Shown: positions 19,657-30,900, counted from the whole stretch's first letter. The stretch: DNA of 63,740 bases, filler included, from Clostridiaceae bacterium (GCA_012839865.1; 5 parts of 5 records of this genome joined end to end with filler, not necessarily neighbours in it); one strand, 5' to 3'. Notes: generated by a model not told the origin, from the sequence alone. Numbers and translations: made by a program.

Positions 19657-21105
19657 TTACTGATCCTCGCCGAAATCAGCAATATAAGCCTCGATCAGCT
19701 TCTCAGGCCAGTTTCCTATAGGTTCCAGTCTGCCGGTGAAAAAGCGCAGAGTCTTAGGCTCATGCACAAATCGCAGACCGCCCACCAGATGACGATGATC
19801 ATACAGCCACTTTACGCGGTCGATGACATACTCCGTCTGAGAAAAGGTGAACACACGACGCGGGAAGGCCAGACGCACCATCTCTACGGAGGCAATGCGT
19901 TCGCTTCCATCCGGATTGCGCTCTTCCGAAAGTGTACCGCGCTCCATGCCGCGGATACCGCCACATAGATACAGAGCAGCTACGAGGGAACCGGCAGGAT
20001 ACTGATCAGAGGGAACATGATCCAAGACCTGGCGAGCGTTGATGTGTGCACCAAGACCACCACCGGGGGTAACCATAGGTACGCCCAGCTCGTCCAACTG
20101 TCGTACGCAGTGATCAATGAACTGAGGACCCTGAGAGATGATATCGAAATCCATGGTCTCCTCAAAACCTACGATCATTGCTTCCATTTCCTTTACGGAC
20201 ATACCGCCGTAAGTAAGAAAACCTTCGAACATGGTTACATAGTCTTCCATTGCGTGGAAAAGTTTTTCGTCGCGCACAAGGATACCGCCACCGCGGCCAA
20301 ATCCGAACTTACGGCCGGAAAAGTAAATAACATCAAAGAGATCTGCGATCATGCGGGTGATCTCACGGATGCTCTTATCTTTCATGGATTCTTCGCGAAC
20401 CTTTATAAAGTACAGGTTGTCCTGCAGAAGCGATGCATCCAGCACAGTGGCAATGCCATGCTCCCTGGCAAGATCGGTAGCTGCCTTCATGTTCTCATAA
20501 GAGATAGGCTGGCCGCCGATGAGGTTGGTTCCGGCCTCAATACGAATGTAAGGAATGTTGGCTGCGCCTTCCCTTTCAATACATGCTTTGACCTTGTTCA
20601 GATCGATGTTTCCCTTGAATGGCAGATCGCTCTTTGTAACCAGGCCTTCATCGCACAGCAGTTCTTCAACACGGCCTCCCAATCGGGTGACATGTGCCTT
20701 CGACGTAGTGAAGTGATAGTTCATGATGACGCAATTGCCGGGTTTGATAAAATGCAGGTTGATGATATGCTCTGCAGCGCGCCCCTGATGAGCGGGCAAA
20801 AGGTGCTTGATGCCAAAAATTTCTGTAAGTTTGGCGTTCATGCGATAGAAGGTTTCGCTGCCGGCGTATGCATCATCAGCACGCAGCATAGCGGCCTGCA
20901 TTTCATCGGACATGGCGTTAACGCCGGAGTCCGTAAGCATATCCATGAATATATCGCCATTATGTAGTAAAAAAGTATTGAAACCAGCCTCGTGCATTTT
21001 TTCCAGACGCTGGCGAGCAGGAAGCAAATTCAGCTTCTGGACAATCTTGACCTTGTGCATTTCCATCGGTACAGCAGGGCGGTTGTAGAACTTAATTGCG
21101 GGCAT
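19657..21105 (-). CDS. PLP-dependent beta-eliminating lyase (tryptophanase/tyrosine phenol-lyase family)
   Basis: LTDSGVNAMS, DDAYAGS, HQGRAAE, TYGGM, RLAFPRRVFT, LRFFTG; PLP Lys in SGRK. Confidence 0.92.
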   Translation of the reverse strand: MPAIKFYNRPAVPMEMHKVKIVQKLNLLPARQRLEKMHEAGFNTFLLHNGDIFMDMLTDSGVNAMSDEMQAAMLRADDAYAGSETFYRMNAKLTEIFGIKHLLPAHQGRAAEHIINLHFIKPGNCVIMNYHFTTSKAHVTRLGGRVEELLCDEGLVTKSDLPFKGNIDLNKVKACIEREGAANIPYIRIEAGTNLIGGQPISYENMKAATDLAREHGIATVLDASLLQDNLYFIKVREESMKDKSIREITRMIADLFDVIYFSGRKFGFGRGGGILVRDEKLFHAMEDYVTMFEGFLTYGGMSVKEMEAMIVGFEETMDFDIISQGPQFIDHCVRQLDELGVPMVTPGGGLGAHINARQVLDHVPSDQYPAGSLVAALYLCGGIRGMERGTLSEERNPDGSERIASVEMVRLAFPRRVFTFSQTEYVIDRVKWLYDHRHLVGGLRFVHEPKTLRFFTGRLEPIGNWPEKLIEAYIADFGEDQ

Positions 21106-21222
21106 TTGTTATCCTCCAAACACTATTGTGAATTTATATGGCATAGTTTATACTAAAAACTACAATCGATAAAGCGAATGTTCTTGATGAATACAATCGA
21201 TATATTCGATGGAGGTTCCACC

Positions 21223-22113
21223 ATGGAAATTAGAAATTTGTTGACTTTTGTTAAGGTGGCAGAAATGAACAGTTTTACAAAGGCTGCGAAGGTTTTGGAT
21301 TACTCTCAGTCCACAGTTTCCTTTCAAATCAAACAATTGGAAACTGAATTGGGGTGCCTGCTGTTTGAGCGTATTAATCATACGCTTATCCTCACAGATA
21401 AAGGCCGTGAGCTGCTGAAGTATGCGCAGCAGGTGACCAGGTTGACTGACGAGTTCCGACAGAATATGAGCAAAAATAAAAGAATTGAGGGCTATGTACA
21501 TATCCTGACACCTGATTCACTCTGCGAAGCAATGCTGCTTGAGAACTATGCTGATTTTTACATGCGCTATCCGGGAATACGGCTAAAATTTTCCACTGCA
21601 GATACCGAAGACATGCTCCATATTCTTAATAGAAATGAAGCAGACGTTATGCTGACATTGGATTCTCATGTTTACCACAAAGACTACATCATTGCCAGAG
21701 AGGCGCGCATTTCTACGCACTTTGTTGTAGGGGCGAATTCTCCTCTGGCAAAAAGAGATGAGATACCGATGCGTGAATTGGTCTCTGAGCCTTTTATACT
21801 TACTGAGCTTGGCATGGGTTATCGCGGGGTGCTGGATAGGCAACTGGCCAAGATGTCGCTGGAAATCCAGCCTGTGCTGGAGATCAGCCGGACTGACATC
21901 ATCACGAAAATACTGGAAAACGGCAATGCCGTGTCTTTTCTTCCGGATTTCATTACCCGGCGTAAGGTTGAGGAAGGCTCCCTGAAATATTTGAATGTAC
22001 CTGATATTGATATAGATATTTGGCAGCAGTTGATCTACCATCGTAATAAATGGATTTCTCAGGCGCTTGATGCATTTCTTCGCTATGTAATCGATAAAGA
22101 GTTCGACAGATAA
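21223..22113 (+). CDS. LysR-family transcriptional regulator, divergent from the lyase
   Basis: MEIRNLLTF...SFTKAAKVLDYSQSTVSFQIKQLE HTH; GGAGG SD before the ATG at 21223; ATCGAT-rich dyads in the short intergenic region. Confidence 0.95.
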   Translation: MEIRNLLTFVKVAEMNSFTKAAKVLDYSQSTVSFQIKQLETELGCLLFERINHTLILTDKGRELLKYAQQVTRLTDEFRQNMSKNKRIEGYVHILTPDSLCEAMLLENYADFYMRYPGIRLKFSTADTEDMLHILNRNEADVMLTLDSHVYHKDYIIAREARISTHFVVGANSPLAKRDEIPMRELVSEPFILTELGMGYRGVLDRQLAKMSLEIQPVLEISRTDIITKILENGNAVSFLPDFITRRKVEEGSLKYLNVPDIDIDIWQQLIYHRNKWISQALDAFLRYVIDKEFDR

Positions 22114-22226
22114 AGCAATTGGAATACTGAATATCCTTGTTGATCGTATTAACATGAAACCACAGTTTGCTGTGGCAATCGGAGCAGGGATTGCAGATTT
22201 CATTCGAACGGGCTGCAACCTCCGCC

Positions 22227-22305
22227 GAATTTTGCTCATCCTGTGGTGCTTTTTGTGAGCAGCGATTCAGTGTTTTGCACCGAATGCGGTGCGAGAACAA
22301 AATGA
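22227..22305 (+). pseudogene. Remnant of a double zinc-ribbon C-terminus
   Basis: EFCSSCGA and VSSDSVFCTECGARTK* lie in adjacent frames joined across a T-run; no intact upstream ORF. Confidence 0.5.
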
Positions 22306-22339
22306 CACAGGAGTATATTAAAAACACCTTATAAAAACC

Positions 22340-22376
22340 AAAGCAAGGGTTTTTTAAATTTCACCCTTGCTTTTCT
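22340..22376. terminator. Bidirectional terminator
   Basis: AAAGCAAGGG...CCCTTGCTTTT between LysR (+) and the convergent micro-ORF (-). Confidence 0.65.
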
Positions 22377-22455
22377 TTATGGTATGTTTTTACTTAAAAA
22401 AATTACGTAGTTCCTCAATGCTGCTGGTGAATAAATCAGTTAGACCCGCTGCCGG

Positions 22456-22578
22456 TTAAAATCTCTTTCCACAGCAATTCCAGCTATAGAACAGGCAAAG
22501 GAATATAAGAATGAAGAACAGGATTTCACTGTTATCCCTGAAAATATCACCGAGAACTCCGCCTCTTTCGTCTGACAT
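22456..22578 (-). CDS. 40-aa membrane micro-protein (below the ORF-track cut-off)
   Basis: MSDERGGVLGDIFRDNSEILFFILIFLCLFYSWNCCGKRF; SD AAGGAGGT 7 nt upstream; paralogue at 22941..23045. Confidence 0.75.
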   Translation of the reverse strand: MSDERGGVLGDIFRDNSEILFFILIFLCLFYSWNCCGKRF

Positions 22579-22940
22579 ATTATTTACCTCCTTCTGGATT
22601 CCAATATTTGCATAATTGTTTTAGTCAAGTGCGCTTAACCCTGAGTATAGATGCATTCAACTCTGTAAGTATTTGGTCTGATTTTTTTCCGAAGGCTAAA
22701 AAGGCTTATTGCTGCAGGCAATCCTGCAGCAAATTGCGGTTTGGCATAACCGGGAGCCATTTCATTAAGCCGGATGCATGAGTGTTGCTTTATTTTTTTT
22801 GCAACTGTTAAAACAGCGATTTTTTTAAGAATGTACCTTCCTCATTACTCATCCGGCTTTCTTACGTAAAGATTGCCGGTCATCTCTCCTTAGGGAGATT
22901 TCCCGCATTATTTAAGGGACTGCCTGATTAGCCTGTGGTA

Positions 22941-23045
22941 TTAATCAAAATCAAAACCTCTGTTATTGAAGAACAATAACAGGAACAGGATTATAAAAAA
23001 CAGGACTTCACTATTGTCTCCAAAAAAACCATGTTTTTTTGACAT
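22941..23045 (-). CDS. 34-aa membrane micro-protein (below the ORF-track cut-off)
   Basis: MSKKHGFFGDNSEVLFFIILFLLLFFNNRGFDFD; SD AAGGAGGT 7 nt upstream; TTGACA-17-TAGTAA upstream on the minus strand. Confidence 0.75.
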   Translation of the reverse strand: MSKKHGFFGDNSEVLFFIILFLLLFFNNRGFDFD

Positions 23046-23191
23046 ACCATTGACCTCCTTTAAAGACTCTTTACTACATACTATTCTTGCTTATGTCAAG
23101 TGGTTACACTTTTAATAATTTTGATTTTTAAGTCATATAAGTTGATGACGTGTACAATTAGCTCCACAGTAAATCTTAAAACACAGAGTAA

Positions 23192-23253
23192 ATGAAATGT
23201 ATGCAGAACATAACAAAATAAAGCCATTTGTTATTGTTCTGCATACATTTCAT
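23192..23253. repeat. Short copy of the 17773 palindrome
   Basis: Perfect 19-bp IR ATGAAATGTATGCAGAACA / TGTTCTGCATACATTTCAT; the loop matches the right arm of the long copy. Confidence 0.8.
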
Positions 23254-23432
23254 TCATCAGTTTCCCAATGCTTTTAAGCTGCTTTAGAGCTCATGGACTG
23301 AGCTTGCCAAGTTTAAATTTAAACGATAGATTTCGGAGCATTGTGGTAATATTATAAATATGGCATAATAAGAACAAAAGTTGTCAATGAATACACCAGG
23401 AAGAATTATTTTTTATAAAGACAGGAGAAATT

Positions 23433-25274
23433 ATGGCTGTAAATTTAAGCGATGCGATACTCGAGAGTGTGGAAAAGCCTTCAAGATATACAGGAAACGA
23501 GTGGAACAGTATTGAGAAAAACCCGGACAATATAGATATACGGTTTGCATTTTGTTTTCCCGACACCTATGAGGTGGGAATGTCCCATCTTGGCATGCGG
23601 ATATTGTATCATTTACTCAATGAAAGACCGGATATTTATTGCGAAAGAGTCTTTGCCCCGTGGGTTGATATGGAGCAAAAAATGAGGGAAAACAATATTC
23701 CCCTTTTTACGCTGGAGACAAAGGATCCGGTTAAGGATTTCGATTTTGTAGGGTTTACACTCCAGTATGAAATGAGTTATACAAACATTTTGAACATGCT
23801 GGACCTTGCCGGAATACCGCTGCTTAGCAGTGACAGGCAGGAAGGCCAGCCAATTGTATGTGCAGGAGGCCCTTGCGCAGTTAATCCCGAGCCGCTGGCG
23901 GATTTTATTGATTTTTTTGTTATAGGCGAAGGGGAAGAGGTAACATTCGAGGTACTGGATGTGTACAAAAAGTGTAAAAGGGAGCATGCAGCAAGGCATG
24001 AGTTTTTAAAGAGAATTGCAGGTTTGGAAGGAATATATGTACCAAGCCTTTACACGGCAGAGTATAATGAAGACGGAACATTTAAGAAGCTCACGCCAAA
24101 AGCCGGAGGTGTTCCGGGAAAGATAAGAAAAAGAATTATAAAGGACCTTGAAAAGGTTTATTATCCTGAAAAAATAGTTGTACCCTATACGGGAATAGTA
24201 CATGACAGAATAACCCTTGAGCTTTTCAGAGGGTGCATAAGGGGATGCCGGTTTTGCCAGGCAGGTTTCATATACAGGCCTGTTCGTGAAAAATCCGCCC
24301 AAAAACTTCTTGATATATCCAAAAAGCTTGAGGAAAGCACCGGATATGAGGAAATTTCCCTGGCTTCCCTGAGCACCAGCGACTACACAGAGTTTAAGAA
24401 GCTGTCCGAGGAACTTTTGAATGAAATGGAATCCAGGAAAGTGGACCTTTCATTGCCGTCTCTTAGGGTGGACTCCTTCTCACTGGATTTGATGGAAAAA
24501 ACCCAGAAAGTGCGAAAAAGCGGCCTGACCTTTGCCCCTGAGGCAGGCACCCAAAGACTGCGGGACGTCATAAACAAGGGAGTTACGGAAGAGGATCTCC
24601 TAAACTCCGTGAGATTGGCCTTTGCAGGAGGATGGGGCAGTGTAAAGCTTTATTTTATGATAGGTCTGCCTTCAGAGAATGAAGAAGATATAGAGGGAAT
24701 TGCAAAACTGGGAGAGATGGTTGTTCAGGAGTACAGCAAAACACCGAAGGATGTACGAAACAAAAAGCTTAATGTAACAATAAGCACTTCATCCTTTGTT
24801 CCAAAACCCTTCACTCCCTTTCAGTGGGAACCCCAGGACAGTATTGACGAATTAAGGAGAAAGCAAAGGTATCTGAACAACAGGATAAAGAGCCGGTATA
24901 TAACTTACAACTGGCATGATCCTGAGTTAAGTTTCCTGGAAGCCGTTTTTGCAAGGGGGGACAGGAGAACCGGCCAGGTTCTTCTGAAAGCCTGGGAAAA
25001 GGGGTGCAAGTTTGACAGTTGGAGTGAACGTTTCAGTTTTGACAAATGGATGGAGGCTTTTTCCGAATGCGGTATTGACCCTGCATTTTATGCAAACCGG
25101 AAACGAAGTGATGATGAGGTTTTCCCCTGGGATCATATTGATTTGGGAGTTGCCAGAAGATTCTTGCTGAATGAAAATAAAAAGGCCTGGAAGGGGCAAA
25201 CAACGCCAAATTGCAGGGTGAACTGTTCTGGATGCGGAGCTGCGGTTTTTAACGGGGGTATATGCTTTGAGTAA
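23433..25274 (+). CDS. TIGR03960-family B12-binding radical SAM protein
   Basis: VEKPSRYTGNE, FPDTYEVGMSHLG, RGCIRGCRFCQAG and C-terminal PNCRVNCSGCG. Confidence 0.93.
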   Translation: MAVNLSDAILESVEKPSRYTGNEWNSIEKNPDNIDIRFAFCFPDTYEVGMSHLGMRILYHLLNERPDIYCERVFAPWVDMEQKMRENNIPLFTLETKDPVKDFDFVGFTLQYEMSYTNILNMLDLAGIPLLSSDRQEGQPIVCAGGPCAVNPEPLADFIDFFVIGEGEEVTFEVLDVYKKCKREHAARHEFLKRIAGLEGIYVPSLYTAEYNEDGTFKKLTPKAGGVPGKIRKRIIKDLEKVYYPEKIVVPYTGIVHDRITLELFRGCIRGCRFCQAGFIYRPVREKSAQKLLDISKKLEESTGYEEISLASLSTSDYTEFKKLSEELLNEMESRKVDLSLPSLRVDSFSLDLMEKTQKVRKSGLTFAPEAGTQRLRDVINKGVTEEDLLNSVRLAFAGGWGSVKLYFMIGLPSENEEDIEGIAKLGEMVVQEYSKTPKDVRNKKLNVTISTSSFVPKPFTPFQWEPQDSIDELRRKQRYLNNRIKSRYITYNWHDPELSFLEAVFARGDRRTGQVLLKAWEKGCKFDSWSERFSFDKWMEAFSECGIDPAFYANRKRSDDEVFPWDHIDLGVARRFLLNENKKAWKGQTTPNCRVNCSGCGAAVFNGGICFE

Positions 25275-26010
25275 ATTACAGATAAAATTCATTAGAGGCG
25301 AAGAAGTCAAATACGTATCACACCTTGATATAATGAAGGTTTTCGAAAGGGCGGCAAGGCGCGCAAGGTTGCCGCTTGCCTATTCCCGGGGGTATAATCC
25401 CCGGCCGCAGATAGTCTTTGGTTTGCCGCTGTCCGTAGGTGTTACCAGTGAAGCGGAATTGGCCGAATTTGAAATTGAAGGTGAAATGAATCCCGATTTA
25501 TTTTGCAAGCTTCTCAACAATCAGCTTCCGGGGGGATTTCGCATTGTTGAAGCAGTCGAGATTGAGTCAAAGGATAATATAATGAGCCGGATAAAAACCG
25601 CATCTTATGTTGTGTTGTTTTTGTGCAGAGAGGAACTGGAGGAAGTAAAGAATAAAGTCCGGTCAATGATGGGAAGACCTGAGATAATTGTAGAAAAATT
25701 CAGTAAAAAAGGTACAAAGGAAGTGGATATTAAACCCCTGATACATAAGCTCGAGATTGCGAAATATCAATCCAATGCGAAAGATTGCAGTTCGAATTCA
25801 TGGATAAGGGAGTATGTCGAAAAAAATATTGAAGGTTTTATTAATAATACGGATTTCCGGAAGGATGACTTATATTTGATGAACATGCTGGTAAGTGCAG
25901 GCAATGTTTCAAACCTGAATCCTTCCCTGGTGATTAAGGCACTTAGCGAACTTGAGGGGCTTCCTGTATTGCAGGTTAAAATTCACAGAACCGGCCTTTA
26001 TACAACGTGA
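25267..26010 (+). CDS. TIGR03936-family radical SAM-linked protein (DUF2344)
   Basis: KYVSHLDIM..F.RA.RRA.LP.AYS.G.NP.P motif; overlaps the upstream radical SAM gene. Confidence 0.9.
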   Translation: MSKLQIKFIRGEEVKYVSHLDIMKVFERAARRARLPLAYSRGYNPRPQIVFGLPLSVGVTSEAELAEFEIEGEMNPDLFCKLLNNQLPGGFRIVEAVEIESKDNIMSRIKTASYVVLFLCREELEEVKNKVRSMMGRPEIIVEKFSKKGTKEVDIKPLIHKLEIAKYQSNAKDCSSNSWIREYVEKNIEGFINNTDFRKDDLYLMNMLVSAGNVSNLNPSLVIKALSELEGLPVLQVKIHRTGLYTT

Positions 26011-26056
26011 CGGAAAAAGCCCAAAGGGAATTTGCTTATAAATTTGAGGTGGAACA

Positions 26057-27358
26057 GTGACAAGCAAGATTTTGGTTGATGTGGGACCTCGGGAAAACCG
26101 GGTGGCCCTGGTGGAAGACAATGAGCTGGTGGAACTTTATATTGAACGGTTGGTAGGCGACCGGCTTGTAGGAAATATATACAGAGGCAAGGTTTGCAGC
26201 GTGCTTCAGGGAATGCAGGCGGCTTTTATTGATATAGGTTACGAGAGAAATGCTTTCCTGTATGTTGCAGATGCAATACCTGAGAACGAAAACGAAAAAG
26301 ACAAGCTGATTAAAAGAAAAGGAAACAAGCTGGCTATAAACGATATTTTAAAACCCGGCCAGGAGATAACGGTACAGGTGGTTAAGGAATCCATCGACAA
26401 TAAAGGACCGCGGCTAACCACTCACCTGACGCTTCCCGGAAGATACCTTGTACTGCTTCCCTATGCAGATTATACCGGGGTTTCCAGGAGAATTGAAGAT
26501 GAAGAGGAAAGAAAACGGCTGAAACATATTATTGAAAAAATCAAGCCTGAGGGCATGGGGATTATTGCCCGGACCGCAGCAGAGGGAAAAGATGAGTATG
26601 AGTTTGTCAATGACCTGAACTTCCTTAAAAAGTTGTGGCATACCATAAGCCAGAGGGAGCAGAAGGGAAATGTCCCAAGATGCATTTATACCGACCTTGA
26701 TCTTGTCAGCAGGACGGTAAGGGACATGTTTACTGCAGACATAGGAAGATTTATTATTAACGACCTGAAAACCGCTCAAAAGGTTATGGATTTGCTGGAT
26801 ATAATTTCTCCCTCCTTAAAATCGAGGGTCGAATATTTCGACAAAGGTTACGGGTTGTTTGATTATTATGGCATTGGGACGGAAATTTTGCGGGCTTTGA
26901 GCAAAAAGGTGTGGCTGAAGTGCGGGGGGTATTTGATTATTGAAGCCACAGAAGCCCTTACGGTGATTGATGTAAACACCGGCAAGTATGTCGGTGGAAA
27001 AAACCTTGAAGAAACGGTTGTCAGGACCAACCTGGAGGCTGCTGCGGAGATAGCAAGACAACTCAGGCTGAGAGACATAGGCGGAATTATAATTATTGAT
27101 TTTATAGACATGTATGAACAGGAACATCAGCAACTTGTAATAAATGAACTGAAGAAGGCATTAAAGAAGGACAGGACAAAAACTGCCGTTATCGGGTTGA
27201 CAGGACTGGGCCTTGTCGAGATGACAAGGAAAAAGGTACGGCAACCTCTGGATTCCATTATGTATACAGATTGCCCGAACTGCCACGGAACGGGCAAAAT
27301 TTTAAATGAATCGCAAATGCAAATTAAAGAGATTGACAGTAATCCGTTGGTATGTTAA
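26057..27358 (+). CDS. rng: Rne/Rng family ribonuclease
   Basis: GNIYRGKV, AAFIDIG, DVNTGK, RLRDIGGIIIIDFIDM and CPNCHGTG. Confidence 0.93.
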   Translation: MTSKILVDVGPRENRVALVEDNELVELYIERLVGDRLVGNIYRGKVCSVLQGMQAAFIDIGYERNAFLYVADAIPENENEKDKLIKRKGNKLAINDILKPGQEITVQVVKESIDNKGPRLTTHLTLPGRYLVLLPYADYTGVSRRIEDEEERKRLKHIIEKIKPEGMGIIARTAAEGKDEYEFVNDLNFLKKLWHTISQREQKGNVPRCIYTDLDLVSRTVRDMFTADIGRFIINDLKTAQKVMDLLDIISPSLKSRVEYFDKGYGLFDYYGIGTEILRALSKKVWLKCGGYLIIEATEALTVIDVNTGKYVGGKNLEETVVRTNLEAAAEIARQLRLRDIGGIIIIDFIDMYEQEHQQLVINELKKALKKDRTKTAVIGLTGLGLVEMTRKKVRQPLDSIMYTDCPNCHGTGKILNESQMQIKEIDSNPLVC

Positions 27359-27368
27359 AATGTTTCGG

Positions 27369-27440
27369 TAGCCGCTCGGACGGGGCTTTCTAAATGCAGC
27401 AAATGCTGCTGCCCTATGCATTTAACCGGCGAGACTGGGA
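27369..27440 (+). promoter_or_regulatory. Putative L21 leader RNA
   Basis: GCCGCTC...TAAATGCA-hairpin-TGCATTTA-ACCGGCGAGAC immediately upstream of rplU, resembling the Firmicute L21 leader; not confirmed by covariance model. Confidence 0.55.
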
Positions 27441-27456
27441 GTGGGAGGTGTAATGA

Positions 27457-27768
27457 ATGTACGCAATTATTGAGACTTGCGGGAGACAGTACAAAGTACA
27501 GGAAGGCGATGTTGTATTTCTCGACTTGCTTAATGCAGAAGAAGGAGATACAGTAACATTTGACAAGGTACTTGCAGTTTCCAGAGAAGGCGCGGTGGAG
27601 TTTGGAACTCCATTGGTGGCAAATGTTAGTGTAGAGGCGAAGGTTTTAGGCCATGGCAAGGATAAGAAGATAATTGTTTTCAAGTATAAGTCCAAGAAGG
27701 GCTATAAAAAGAAACAAGGACACAGGCAGCCATTTACTAAAGTTGTTATTGAAAAGATAAACGCATGA
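27457..27768 (+). CDS. rplU: 50S ribosomal protein bL21
   Basis: [18 protein letters not shown]...GHRQPFT. Confidence 0.98.
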   Translation: MYAIIETCGRQYKVQEGDVVFLDLLNAEEGDTVTFDKVLAVSREGAVEFGTPLVANVSVEAKVLGHGKDKKIIVFKYKSKKGYKKKQGHRQPFTKVVIEKINA

Positions 27769-28094
27769 TTCGGGTTAGTATAAAAAGAGACAAAACAGGT
27801 TTGGTTCGGGAATTTACCATCCGGGGACATTCTGGTTTTGATGAACCGGGTAGGGATATTATATGTTCGGCTGTCTCAGCTATAGCGTATACGGCACTTG
27901 GAGGCTTGCAGGAGCTTGCCGGAGTTGTGAACCACAAGGAGAGAGCAGGTTATATGAAATTTCAACTTCCACTGTTGGACAATGAGGAAGTTGAGCGCAC
28001 AGCCCGAATAATTCTTGATACCATGGTAATTGGCTTAAGACAGATTGAAAACACGTACGGCAGTTATATAAAAGTAGTTGATGAGGAGGTGTAG
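27765..28094 (+). CDS. prp: Ribosomal-processing cysteine protease Prp
   Basis: GHSG.....DIICSAVS motif; lies between rplU and rpmA. Confidence 0.93.
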   Translation: MIRVSIKRDKTGLVREFTIRGHSGFDEPGRDIICSAVSAIAYTALGGLQELAGVVNHKERAGYMKFQLPLLDNEEVERTARIILDTMVIGLRQIENTYGSYIKVVDEEV

Positions 28095-28098
28095 ACAA

Positions 28099-28383
28099 AT
28101 GATGAGAATTAATTTGCAGTTGTTTGCACATAAAAAGGGAGTAGGAAGCTCCAGAAACGGTCGTGACAGCCAGGCGAAAAGACTTGGTGTAAAAAGAGGC
28201 GACGGACAGTTCGTTTTGGCAGGAAATATCCTGGTAAGGCAGAGGGGGACAAAGATCCACCCGGGAACTAATGTAGGTAAGGGAAAAGACGATACGTTAT
28301 TTGCACTTATTGATGGTACGGTTAAATTCGAGAGAATGGACAAAACCAGAAAAAGAGTGAGTGTTGTTGCAGCAGCTGAATAG
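28099..28383 (+). CDS. rpmA: 50S ribosomal protein bL27 with Prp-cleaved N-extension
   Basis: [32 protein letters not shown] before the ATG at 28099. Confidence 0.98.
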   Translation: MMRINLQLFAHKKGVGSSRNGRDSQAKRLGVKRGDGQFVLAGNILVRQRGTKIHPGTNVGKGKDDTLFALIDGTVKFERMDKTRKRVSVVAAAE

Positions 28384-28393
28384 AAAATCAATC

Positions 28394-28421
28394 AATCCCG
28401 GGAAACCCCGGGATTTGTTTT
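28394..28421 (+). terminator. Intrinsic terminator after rpmA
   Basis: AATCCCGGG-aaac-CCCGGGATT followed by TGTTTT. Confidence 0.75.
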
Positions 28422-28659
28422 ATGAATTTCTATAAAATTCAGAAGGCTGACAGAATACAAAGCTGGCTTAATACTGCAATTAAATAATCCCCTGACTTAA
28501 GCGGCAGAGGGCAATAAAATTACTTCCTCCGGCTTTAATGGCAAGGAGTCATACAATAATTAACGCCCAATAATCTCTGTGGCTAAAACCGCAGGGGAGC
28601 AATTAAGAAAGCCTTTTTTGGATAAAATATTTTAAGTGATTGTTTTGTAAAACCCGTAA

Positions 28660-29946
<1,287 letters not shown>

Positions 29947-29955
29947 GCGATTGTG

Positions 29956-30050
29956 AAAACTTGGCCAAGAGGCCTGACTTTCGCCAGTTTGATGAAAACT
30001 TGGCCTGAAGCCGATAACTTTTGGTCATCGTAATGAAAGCCTGGTTTGAC
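29956..30050 (+). repeat. Two tandem degenerate units related to the 12458/43054 element
   Basis: AAAACTTGGCC at 29956 and 29995 (39-bp spacing), each followed by T(G/A)AC...ATGAA. Confidence 0.55.
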
Positions 30051-30077
30051 AAAAGGACAGGAGGATTATTATAAAAT

Positions 30078-30353
30078 ATGCTGACAGGAAAACAAAGAAG
30101 CCTTTTAAGAAGTATGGCCAATCAGATACAGCCCATATTTCAGGTGGGAAAAGAGGGCATTGATGAAAATGTAATAAAGCAGTTTGACGAAGCTCTCGAG
30201 GCAAGGGAACTGGTCAAGGCAACTGTGCTGAAAAATTCGATCCTTGACACCAGGGAGGTTTGCGAGGAAATTGCTGAAAAGACAAATTCGGAAATAGTGC
30301 AGGTCATCGGCAGAAAATTTGTTTTATACAGGAAATCAAAAAAGGAAAAATAG
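30078..30353 (+). CDS. yhbY: CRM-domain ribosome assembly RNA-binding protein
   Basis: MLTGKQRSLLR...QVGKEG...ARELVKA...QVIG.KFVLYR. Confidence 0.95.
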   Translation: MLTGKQRSLLRSMANQIQPIFQVGKEGIDENVIKQFDEALEARELVKATVLKNSILDTREVCEEIAEKTNSEIVQVIGRKFVLYRKSKKEK

Positions 30354-30357
30354 AATG

Positions 30358-30900
30358 TCAACGCTCTTTTGTAAGGGTTTCGATTATTTCAGAATAAATT
30401 TCCTGGGGGTTGCTTTTCCAGCGGGAACAAATCTCCCGGGCATTGTCCCTTGATCCTACTGCAATATTCAATTCGATTAGTGAAAAATCACCTTCACAGA
30501 TGCTTAATTTTACAATGAAATCATTTTCACTTTTAGCTGTGTATTCAGCTTTAATTGCCGTTTCGTACTTTTTGCTTCTCCTGAATGAATATATGGCCTC
30601 ATCTATGGTTTTTTTGAAGCCGGCAGGCACAATGTTGAGAAAATATGATAAAAGCTTTTTTCCGCTGTCTGTTATGGAATAAAAGGTCTGATTGTCCTTC
30701 TTTTCTGTTTGCAGGTGTCCGTTTTCGCAGAGATCGGTTAGAAAATGCTGAAGCACAAAATAATTCATCATGCGGTTTTCCATAAGTATTTTTGTAATCT
30801 GAAGGTTGCTTATTGGCATGTTTGCTTTTTCAACCGTATATAAAAGGATTATCTTGTTTTCAGCTGCTTCTCTGTTGACGGAAGATGTCATATTAATCAC
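30358..30900 (-). CDS. DUF4364-family winged-helix protein
   Basis: ENKIILLY...ISNLQIT..MNYF.LQ..L..L...G, Y.IT..G, C-terminal E....Y..I pattern. Confidence 0.75.
   Translation of the reverse strand: MINMTSSVNREAAENKIILLYTVEKANMPISNLQITKILMENRMMNYFVLQHFLTDLCENGHLQTEKKDNQTFYSITDSGKKLLSYFLNIVPAGFKKTIDEAIYSFRRSKKYETAIKAEYTAKSENDFIVKLSICEGDFSLIELNIAVGSRDNAREICSRWKSNPQEIYSEIIETLTKER

Noticed and set aside
20017..20967. 316-aa plus-strand ORF
   Set aside because: Antisense shadow of the GC-rich lyase gene.
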